64,000 nt of DNA. Source: Dehalococcoidia bacterium (GTDB lineage Bacteria; Chloroflexota; Dehalococcoidia; Lucifugimonadales; GCA-2712585). This document shows, piece by piece, positions 56,630-64,000 of the stretch (position 1 is the first letter of the stretch; every line of letters starts with the position of its first letter). The stretch spans positions 314,492 through 378,491 of the forward strand of contig CBDBNU010000003.1 in the NCBI GenBank assembly GCA_965207845.1. Direction: 5' to 3'. Made by a program: the position numbers and the translations under genes. The notes below the pieces were generated by a model. That model was not told where the DNA came from. It saw only the letters and a program-made list of their open reading frames with translations, and did no database searches.

Positions 56630-59608
56630 GTGCCCCTAATATTTGTAATGCCCGTCCAGGACTATCTTCGGTGGCTGAATTGGCTCGTTTGCGTCGTTGT
56701 GCTGTGTGCCACCTTCTTTACCCTCGCCTGCGATGCTCCGCCCACCCCCGCGCGGCCCCCGGCAGCCACCCCCACCCCGATCGCCGCGCCCACTCCAACA
56801 CCCAGTCCTACGCCCACCCCTACGCCGACGCCAACTTCGGCTCCAACCCCCACCCCAACGCCCGTAGCCACACCGACTGCAACGCCGCCGCCTCCATCCA
56901 CGCCGCCACCGACGGCTGCCCCCACTCCCACTCCGTCGCCCACACCGCGCCCGACGTCAACGCCAGTCCGCACACCCCCACCGACGCCGGCCAATTACCA
57001 CATAGAGAGTTTCTCTGCGGAAGTCGTCGGTGCAGAGAATGGGCTGGTCAACGCCGAGTTAGTCCTGGTAATTGCCAATACCGGCGAGTCGCCCGCGAAG
57101 ACCGCCCTACTCCCGCTAATAACCATCGACGACGGAGACCCCGTGGAGTTGGAGTCCCTCCAACCACTGGGGGGCGGTGAAACCGCAACAATCCGCTTCT
57201 CCCACAGCCTTCAGCCGGGGCGTCACGTGGCTTCGGCAAGTGTCATGGACGCGAAGGCTGAGATAGACGTTGACACGCGAACGGCGGAAATTGCCCTGGA
57301 AGTCTTAGGCCACGACGTGATCGAGGATGGCCTGACGCACTTGCTCGTGAAGGCCGTCAACAGTGGGGATCTCCCTGCCGAATCCATCGTTCTGTCCGCC
57401 CTTTGGGAGTCAAGGTCAGAGAATGCCGATGCCCCGTCCGTCGGCGGCAACGAAAGGGCTGCGGTCATCGACAGGTTGGAACCCGGAGAGGATGCGGAAA
57501 TCGCAGTTCCCCTCAGGGTCTCATCGGGCTCCTACCACGTCGAACTTGTTGGGCGCACGACAACAATTGAAGCAACGCCTGATGACAATCTCGTTCATGC
57601 TACGGTAGACGTGGAATACGTGCAGCTTGCCGCAACCGTGGAAGCCGTGCGGACGGTGGGATACGCAACAACCGGCGAGGGACTGGTTGAAGTGGACCTC
57701 CGCGTTCTCAATGAGGGCGTGGCCACGGGAAGCGGCCTGGACGTCGGGCTTCGCTGTGTGGCCGACGCAGTGGTTGAATGCTCCGAAAGCGTCGCCTCCG
57801 ATCCGATCCAGGCCGGCGAAGCCGTCGAATTCACCTTCGCTCTGACAGTTCCTCAGGGCACGACCCCGGCCCTGGCCTACGCCGGCGCCCTCGACGACGG
57901 CTTCCGTTGGGGCGAAAACAACGTGGCTGAATTCAAAATCGAAGTTCCCGAGCTTGCCGCCACCGTGCTGGCCCTGGAAGTCGAATCGTCCTCCAGGGAC
58001 GAATACTGGAGCGACGGCACCGCCAACGTGGACGTGGCATTCTCCCTCCGCGACCAGGGATACGCCCCCCTTGAAGGCGAACAGCCTGTCACCTTCTCAT
58101 GCTCTGACGGTGAGAGTGTGTTGGAAGATTGCGGCGGCGAGACCACAGTATCCCTTGGCGACGGATTCGGCCCTGTCGTCACAGATGCTTTCGCCCTTCG
58201 AATGCCCATGGGTGCGTCCCTGCTGCAGGTTGAGTACGGCGACGGTGAAACCGGGGCATTCGAGCTGTCGGTCCCGGAGCGCATCGTGGGGGTGGAGCGT
58301 GACGTTTGGGAGTGCTTCAGCGACAGGCCCGGGCGGGAGGCCGACCGGGAGGGCTGCGGCGGCTGGTTCGCCAAGACCATCGAAAAGTGGGACCACACCA
58401 AGCCGGTGAGAGTTTGGGCTTCCGGCGATGACGACTACATTGCGGTGCTGGGTGAGTCCCTGGAGGAACTCTCCCCGCTGCTGAACCTGGAATTCCAGCG
58501 CGTCGAAACGGAAGGCGAGGCCGACCTTAAGGCATACGTGGGCGTCACGGTGGAAGAGGCCAGAGCGGTGAATTTCTACTGCGAGCACTCGTTAGGCTGC
58601 GCGCGTTCGTGGGATGAACCGACCAACGTTACCTCCGGGGCAATCATCGGCGTCTGGGAATACAACAACTCGCACCTGGAAGACATCGGTCTCTTGGACG
58701 ACAGGATCAGGCGAACCATTGTGCACGAGCTCCTGCATGCTCTGGTCCCCATTGTGCACCGGAGGGACGCCCTCAGCATTCTCAACGTCACCGGCAGCGT
58801 GAGAATGCTGGAAATGAATCCCATGGATGAGGCGCTGATCCGGCTTCATTCCAACCCATTGATTGAACCCGGCATGGCGATGACAGACGTGGAAGATTTG
58901 ATTGTCTTTCGGGATGAGCTGCTCGACCCTCCGCCACCTGCAGAAGAAGCGAGCGCTATTGATTTTGTAAGAAAGGCTTTTGTCGCCTTTCACGAGGCTG
59001 ACTCGGTAGGATTCAGGATCAGAGGCTCCTGGGTCGGTTGCGGCCACGAGTTTGATTCGTCGGACCTGAAATTCGCCTCCTTCGGCTCAGGCTCCGTGGA
59101 CATCGTTCGCTTCAAGGACCGCGGGGTGAACGCATTTATTATTCGCGACATTGCCGGTGATCGACCTATTGAATATTGGCGCACCGTGGATGGCAGCTGG
59201 CAAAAGGTGTTGTCCGGCGACATCTTCGACAACACGGGATGGAGGAGCGGCTTTTCGAACCCCTTCACCATGTTTTCCAGCGTCCTGCTCCTCGCCGATC
59301 CCAATGATATCAGGGTGTCAGAGCCCGAGCCGGGCCTGCTGAGGTTGGACGTTTACCTGGAAAAGTCCCTGGTGAACGTGCCCTGGTCGGATTCTGAAGT
59401 CCTGAGCGCGAACCTGACAATCGATGCCGAGACCCACGAAATCCGCTCCTACTTCATGTCGTGGCAATTCGAACTCCGCAGGGAGAATGCGTGCAGTCGA
59501 TATTCGTCCAAAGCCACCGAGGGCGAATACGGTATCGACATCGAAATCCCGCCCGCCATCCTGAGGGCTTCCCAGATATTGCGAAGCCTGGACCTGCCGT
59601 ACGAATAG
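56630..59608 (+). CDS. large lipoprotein with PT-rich linker, repeated beta-sandwich-like domains and a zincin (HExxH) metalloprotease-like region
   Basis: Lipobox FFTLACD, a roughly 100-aa PT linker, and the motif TIVHELLHALVPIVH. Confidence 0.85.
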   Translation: MPLIFVMPVQDYLRWLNWLVCVVVLCATFFTLACDAPPTPARPPAATPTPIAAPTPTPSPTPTPTPTPTSAPTPTPTPVATPTATPPPPSTPPPTAAPTPTPSPTPRPTSTPVRTPPPTPANYHIESFSAEVVGAENGLVNAELVLVIANTGESPAKTALLPLITIDDGDPVELESLQPLGGGETATIRFSHSLQPGRHVASASVMDAKAEIDVDTRTAEIALEVLGHDVIEDGLTHLLVKAVNSGDLPAESIVLSALWESRSENADAPSVGGNERAAVIDRLEPGEDAEIAVPLRVSSGSYHVELVGRTTTIEATPDDNLVHATVDVEYVQLAATVEAVRTVGYATTGEGLVEVDLRVLNEGVATGSGLDVGLRCVADAVVECSESVASDPIQAGEAVEFTFALTVPQGTTPALAYAGALDDGFRWGENNVAEFKIEVPELAATVLALEVESSSRDEYWSDGTANVDVAFSLRDQGYAPLEGEQPVTFSCSDGESVLEDCGGETTVSLGDGFGPVVTDAFALRMPMGASLLQVEYGDGETGAFELSVPERIVGVERDVWECFSDRPGREADREGCGGWFAKTIEKWDHTKPVRVWASGDDDYIAVLGESLEELSPLLNLEFQRVETEGEADLKAYVGVTVEEARAVNFYCEHSLGCARSWDEPTNVTSGAIIGVWEYNNSHLEDIGLLDDRIRRTIVHELLHALVPIVHRRDALSILNVTGSVRMLEMNPMDEALIRLHSNPLIEPGMAMTDVEDLIVFRDELLDPPPPAEEASAIDFVRKAFVAFHEADSVGFRIRGSWVGCGHEFDSSDLKFASFGSGSVDIVRFKDRGVNAFIIRDIAGDRPIEYWRTVDGSWQKVLSGDIFDNTGWRSGFSNPFTMFSSVLLLADPNDIRVSEPEPGLLRLDVYLEKSLVNVPWSDSEVLSANLTIDAETHEIRSYFMSWQFELRRENACSRYSSKATEGEYGIDIEIPPAILRASQILRSLDLPYE

Positions 59609-59769
59609 GGGAGATCCACGCTGCTACGTGGAGGGGGATGGCCCGCCTCCCGGCGCCATTGACCGACGTCTGTCGCCGCAGTCCTGACGCAACTTGCGGG
59701 AGGGGTTGACATATCGGTTCGAAATCGCCAAGATAGAACATTATTATAAAGCACAAGAGTATTGACGGG

Positions 59770-61092
59770 GTGGGAATGGCGATCGAAACAGGTGGGGAGC
59801 GCAAGCTGCAATGGATAATCGTCGTATTATTCCTCTGTGTGTTGACGGCGCTGACATTAGCCTGTGACGGCCCGACACCGACTCCGTCGATGCCGGTTGA
59901 ACCGACCACGCCAGCGGCGGTCACGACTCCGCCGCCCACCCCCACCGTCGCGGTCGCACCGGCTGTCACTCCATCGGCAACCCCTGCGCAGAGGCGCACC
60001 CAAACCCCAACGCCCCCGCCCACCCCGGACCCGACCCCCACCCCCACCTCCCCGCCCACCCCAACGCCGACGCCAGCACCAACCCCTGACCCTACCCCTA
60101 GTCCCACGCAGCCGCCGACGCCTGAACCAACACCCGCTCCTACGCCTACCCCAACACCCCTGCCCACCCCGGAGCCGACGCCCGAACCTACGCCCGAACC
60201 CACGCCAGAACCAACGCCAGAACCCACGCCGGAGCCGACACCGGAACCCACCCCCGAACCCACGCCCGAGCCCACGCCGGAGCCGACACCGGAACCCACG
60301 CCTGAGCCAAGACCAACCCTGCCGCCGGTTCAACTTAACACTGAGCCTGTAGCCGCTCGTTATGCTGAAGACCGCGAAGAACAGGTTGAAGACGCCGTTG
60401 ACGAACTTCGTAAGAGCGAACCGGGGATCGCAGATCAGATCGAAGACTTGGCATGGGTGAAGGACGGCCTCGACAGAAATGAGTTCAGCGCCGTCAGAGG
60501 GTTGATTCGCCTGGCGCATGCAGGATACGCAGCGCAACTGCTGAGGGAGCCTTGGGTGGTGGAGGGTAGGAACCATCCCGCCCTGGAGTCCCTTTGGTAC
60601 CTGGCGGTCAACGATCCAAATGTACTCTCCAATATCATGTCGCATCCCACTATCAGTGACGGCGTAACCGAGCAAGAAGCCAAGATTATCGCCACGCTGC
60701 ACGACGTGGATTCCGACCTGCTGCCCAAGCTCCTGGACCCTCAGCAGGTCTCCGTGGAGGAACGTACTATCACGCTGCCTATGGCAGGGGAGACGGAGCT
60801 GACAATCGTTCGGACCCGTTCAGGGGCGGATCTCACCATGGACTTGCTCGAACATTCGGTACGCAGAATTGAGGAGTTCATGGGATTCCCCTTCCCTCGA
60901 AAGCACGTAATTTATTTGTTTGACAATGTTCTTGATGTACGAGGTAGAAACTACTTCACCCACGTATCTATCAGATCTGATGAAGAGGTCAACAGGATAG
61001 AGTCAACGTTGGAGCTGCTCGCCCATGAAGCAGCACATTACTATTGGAGGGGACATTATTCTTCCTGGATATCCGAGGGGCTGCCCATCTGA
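59770..61092 (+). CDS. lipoprotein with long PT/PEPT linker and MA-clan peptidase motif; N-terminal fragment of a frame-disrupted gene
   Basis: Lipobox ALTLACD. Zinc motif [11 protein letters not shown] followed by SWISEG, then a stop 4 codons later. Confidence 0.8.
   Translation: MGMAIETGGERKLQWIIVVLFLCVLTALTLACDGPTPTPSMPVEPTTPAAVTTPPPTPTVAVAPAVTPSATPAQRRTQTPTPPPTPDPTPTPTSPPTPTPTPAPTPDPTPSPTQPPTPEPTPAPTPTPTPLPTPEPTPEPTPEPTPEPTPEPTPEPTPEPTPEPTPEPTPEPTPEPTPEPRPTLPPVQLNTEPVAARYAEDREEQVEDAVDELRKSEPGIADQIEDLAWVKDGLDRNEFSAVRGLIRLAHAGYAAQLLREPWVVEGRNHPALESLWYLAVNDPNVLSNIMSHPTISDGVTEQEAKIIATLHDVDSDLLPKLLDPQQVSVEERTITLPMAGETELTIVRTRSGADLTMDLLEHSVRRIEEFMGFPFPRKHVIYLFDNVLDVRGRNYFTHVSIRSDEEVNRIESTLELLAHEAAHYYWRGHYSSWISEGLPI
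60169..60300 (+). repeat. 12-nt coding tandem repeat, (Pro-Glu-Pro-Thr) x 11
   Basis: Eleven consecutive CCN-GAR-CCN-ACN units with synonymous variation between them, followed by PEPR. Confidence 0.9.
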
Positions 61093-62543
61093 TGGCTTCT
61101 TTAGCGGCAGACACCTTGGAAGGCCCGTTGATATCTCTCCCTTGTCCCTGTTTTCGAAGCATCGCTGAGTTTGAGAGTAAGATTAGTGATGCCTGCAGCG
61201 GTGGGTCATGCTCTCCGTGCACCTATTCATTTGGAGAGCGACTCTTCCGTGACCTGCACCGTATTATGGATGAGACCTCTTTCCGCCAAGCCTTTCGTCG
61301 GCTTTTCCTGCATACCTCGCTAGACGTCCCCATCCAAAAGTGTGACGAAAACTCCACTGTCTGTTACGTTGAGGAGGCCTTTAAGGTCTACGCCGCTGAA
61401 GCAGGGTTCTCTACCGTCAAGAACGCAATCTCACGCTGGTACGATGTCCCCGAACCCTACGAAACATCCCAAATTGTGGGTACTCCGCCCGCCCCTGATA
61501 TCTCCGCCATTGACGGACGGATCGAGGATTCATTCCTGAGCCTCTCTTGGGACGGACCTCCTGTGAATGATGTTATTGTGGGACCAAATCGTAATCCTGT
61601 GGTCTATTGGCATCTGGACTACTCCTATGGACATTCCAGCAGTCTCGAAAGCTTGCCAATTCAGACCGTGATTTATCTTGACGAAGGCTTTGGCATAGAA
61701 CGCACCGAGACTAATTTGGATGTCCTTCCAATGCCTACTGATACCACCCGGCGAACCCACCCCATCACAGTCGGATTTTGGAGAGAAGTAGGCCGTTTCT
61801 GGGTGCATGCGTACTTGGAAGGAAGAAAAATAGCCGAGATTACCTTTGAAACAATGCAGGATGAGGAACCTCACAGCATCCGGGGAAACATCACATTAGG
61901 GGAAGGTTTGCCATATAAGCAGATCGCGTTGCGGATAAGGGAGGAGGGAGGGGACTTCTGGACAACGGCTACCCGGGACGGTGAGTATGATATTGAAGTA
62001 CCTCCGGGATCATATAAACTGGAAGTGTACGCACTATTCGGCAGAGAATACGCTTTTGTTGGGTGGTACAACGATAGTGGCGGCATAACCATTGATCCTG
62101 CCAATGCAGTTGAAATAGTTGTTGAAAACGAAGACGTTGAAGGCATAGACCTTATGCTTAACACCCTTGCTGGTGGTAATTTCCGGGGAGTCATCACTGG
62201 CCCTGGAGGTAGGCAGCTGGAGCCACTGGAAAGAGTGGCTCTGGATGCCAGAAAGGGTATTGAGAGGAGAACGATTGACGCTCGACCCGACGGCTCTTTC
62301 GACGCCGAATTGCCGACTGGGACCTATACCATTGAAGTATGGGTATTGGTGGGTTCCGAATACCACTTCGTAGGATGGTACGACGGTGATGGCAGTATAA
62401 CCACAGATCCTACCCAGGCATTCAATGTAGAAATAGTTGACGACGTTGTCCGCGAGATTCAAGTCACGCTGCCTTCGGAATTCTACGATCTCCTGTGTCC
62501 GTCAGGCTCGTGGCGCTCGACACGGACCGGGCAGTGCGGTTGA
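61044..62543 (+). CDS. C-terminal fragment of the same peptidase gene (functional frame from about 61078); two CarboxypepD_reg-like repeats
   Basis: This frame continues [15 protein letters not shown]... right after the WISEG of the upstream ORF. There are two repeats: [38 protein letters not shown] and [38 protein letters not shown]. Confidence 0.75.
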   Translation: MEGTLFFLDIRGAAHLMASLAADTLEGPLISLPCPCFRSIAEFESKISDACSGGSCSPCTYSFGERLFRDLHRIMDETSFRQAFRRLFLHTSLDVPIQKCDENSTVCYVEEAFKVYAAEAGFSTVKNAISRWYDVPEPYETSQIVGTPPAPDISAIDGRIEDSFLSLSWDGPPVNDVIVGPNRNPVVYWHLDYSYGHSSSLESLPIQTVIYLDEGFGIERTETNLDVLPMPTDTTRRTHPITVGFWREVGRFWVHAYLEGRKIAEITFETMQDEEPHSIRGNITLGEGLPYKQIALRIREEGGDFWTTATRDGEYDIEVPPGSYKLEVYALFGREYAFVGWYNDSGGITIDPANAVEIVVENEDVEGIDLMLNTLAGGNFRGVITGPGGRQLEPLERVALDARKGIERRTIDARPDGSFDAELPTGTYTIEVWVLVGSEYHFVGWYDGDGSITTDPTQAFNVEIVDDVVREIQVTLPSEFYDLLCPSGSWRSTRTGQCG

Positions 62544-62587
62544 CCACTCCCAACCTCCTCCGCCCCCCGTGGTATCATTAGCTTGTC

Positions 62588-64000
62588 ATGGTCAGCACCG
62601 CAGAGCGCACCTTCCAGATATCCTCCGACTTCCGTCCCACCGGCGACCAGCCCAAGGCCGTCGATAGCCTCGTCGAGGGCGCCAACGGGGGGCACCGCTA
62701 CCAGACCCTCATGGGCGTCACCGGCAGCGGCAAGACCTTCACCATGGCCAACATCGTCCAGCGCCTCCAGCGCCCCACCCTCGTCATCGCCCACAACAAG
62801 ACCCTCGCCGCCCAGCTTGCCACGGAGTTCCGGGAGTTCTTCCCCAAAAACGCCGTCGAATACTTCGTCTCCTACTACGACTACTATCAGCCCGAGGCCT
62901 ACGTCCCCCAGACGGACACCTACATCGAGAAGGACGCCGACATCAACGAGGAGATAGACAAGCTCCGCCACTCCGCCACCCGCTCCCTCCTCACCCGCCG
63001 CGACGTGCTCATTGTCGCTTCCGTTTCGTGCATCTACGGCCTCGGCGACCCGGACGAATACTATTCCTTCGTCGCGCCCCTCCGCGTCGGCGAGACCCGC
63101 TCCCGCACCAGCCTGGTCCGCGACCTGGTGGCCATGCAGTACGAGCGCAACGATGTCAGCCTCGTCCGTGGCCGCTTTCGTGTTAAGGGCGACACCCTGG
63201 AGATGCTGCCCGCCTACGAAGAAGTCGCGGTGCGCGTCCAGTTCTGGGGCGACGAAATCGAGCGCATTGTCGAAATCGACCCTCTTACCGGCGAGATCCT
63301 CGCCGAGCGACAGGAGATGGAGATCTACCCCGCAAAGCACTTTGTCACCTCCGAAGAGAAGATGCGCCTGGCCATCGAGGACATCCACGCGGAGTTGGAG
63401 GAATGGCTTTCCCACCTGCGCGGGCAGGGCAAGATTCTGGAGGCCGCGCGGCTGGAGTCCCGCACCCGCTACGACGTGGAGATGATGACGCAGGTTGGCT
63501 ACTGCTCCGGCATCGAAAACTACTCCCGCCACATCGGCCGCCGCGCCGCCGGCAGCACTCCCTGGACCCTGATGGACTACTTCCCCAAGGATTTTCTCCT
63601 GTTCATCGACGAGTCCCACATGACTCTCCCTCAGCTGCGCGGCATGTACCACGGCGATATCTCCCGAAAGAATACGCTGGTGGAGTTCGGCTTCCGCCTC
63701 CCCTCGGCCCTCGACAACCGCCCTCTCAACTTCCGTGAGTTTGAGGACCACATAAACCAGGTCGTCTTCGTTTCCGCCACCCCCGGCCCCTACGAGATGG
63801 AGGTGAGCAACAAGGTGGTGGAGCAGATAATTCGTCCCACCGGCCTTCTTGACCCCGTCATCACCGTGAAGCCCACCCGCGGCCAGATTGACGACCTGAT
63901 GGAGCAGATTCAGGCCCGAATCGAGAAGGGCCAGCGCTGCCTTGTCACCACTCTCACCAAGCGAATGGCGGAAGAGCTTGCCGACTACCTGCAGGAGATG
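62588..64000 (+). CDS. uvrB: excinuclease ABC subunit UvrB (3' end beyond the window)
   Basis: [17 protein letters not shown], Walker [21 protein letters not shown], and [14 protein letters not shown]. The frame is open to nt 64000. It is not listed in the track because no stop falls within the window. Confidence 0.95.
   Translation, partial: MVSTAERTFQISSDFRPTGDQPKAVDSLVEGANGGHRYQTLMGVTGSGKTFTMANIVQRLQRPTLVIAHNKTLAAQLATEFREFFPKNAVEYFVSYYDYYQPEAYVPQTDTYIEKDADINEEIDKLRHSATRSLLTRRDVLIVASVSCIYGLGDPDEYYSFVAPLRVGETRSRTSLVRDLVAMQYERNDVSLVRGRFRVKGDTLEMLPAYEEVAVRVQFWGDEIERIVEIDPLTGEILAERQEMEIYPAKHFVTSEEKMRLAIEDIHAELEEWLSHLRGQGKILEAARLESRTRYDVEMMTQVGYCSGIENYSRHIGRRAAGSTPWTLMDYFPKDFLLFIDESHMTLPQLRGMYHGDISRKNTLVEFGFRLPSALDNRPLNFREFEDHINQVVFVSATPGPYEMEVSNKVVEQIIRPTGLLDPVITVKPTRGQIDDLMEQIQARIEKGQRCLVTTLTKRMAEELADYLQEM

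Overview
The window looks like a high-G+C bacterial chromosome segment. The F420 biosynthesis genes, Pro/Thr-linker lipoproteins and many toxin-antitoxin (TA) modules suggest Chloroflexota, but that is inference only.

Most of it is ordinary core and accessory metabolism:
- DNA repair and recombination: radA, ruvB, ruvC-ruvA, uvrB.
- Translation-related: rpsP plus a KH-domain protein, yebC, and three tRNAs.
- A beta-oxidation-like block: two paralogous SDRs, a fumarylacetoacetate hydrolase (FAH) family gene, a MaoC hotdog pair and an enoyl-CoA hydratase.
- A cofG-cofH-cofD-cofC F420 cluster with luciferase-like (LLM) oxidoreductases.
- fabI, HIT and YqeK genes, and a heterodimeric ABC exporter pair.

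The most unusual feature is a complete phage head-morphogenesis gene set, all on the minus strand and in canonical order, split into three modules:
- 32414-29993: holin-like gene, small genes and large terminase.
- 26394-24260: HTH protein, portal and scaffold.
- 16439-12479: major capsid, head-tail connector, BNR-propeller/hub fusion and OB-fold spike, ending at tRNA-Leu.

These modules are separated by blocks of cellular, defence and TA genes. No integrase, replication, tail-tube or tape-measure gene is visible in the window. Host-type palindromic intergenic repeats lie inside the set. Together this suggests a domesticated, GTA-like or otherwise resident particle system rather than a recent prophage.

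Other notable items:
- A lower-G+C DarT-DarG island divergent from the capsid gene.
- A catalytically degenerate HepT domain fused to MNT, followed by an intact HepT.
- A class-II (long variable arm) tRNA whose anticodon reads CCA.
- A dense set of TA modules: VapBC, HigBA, HicAB, a decayed HigBA and an orphan Phd.
- A PaREP1/HEPN-like gene with an in-frame TGA, plus two intact paralogs.
- A peptidase lipoprotein split by a 1-nt shift in a G run.
- Five Pro/Thr-linker secreted or lipoproteins.

All calls rest on reading the translations and sequence by eye. No database search or computation was run.
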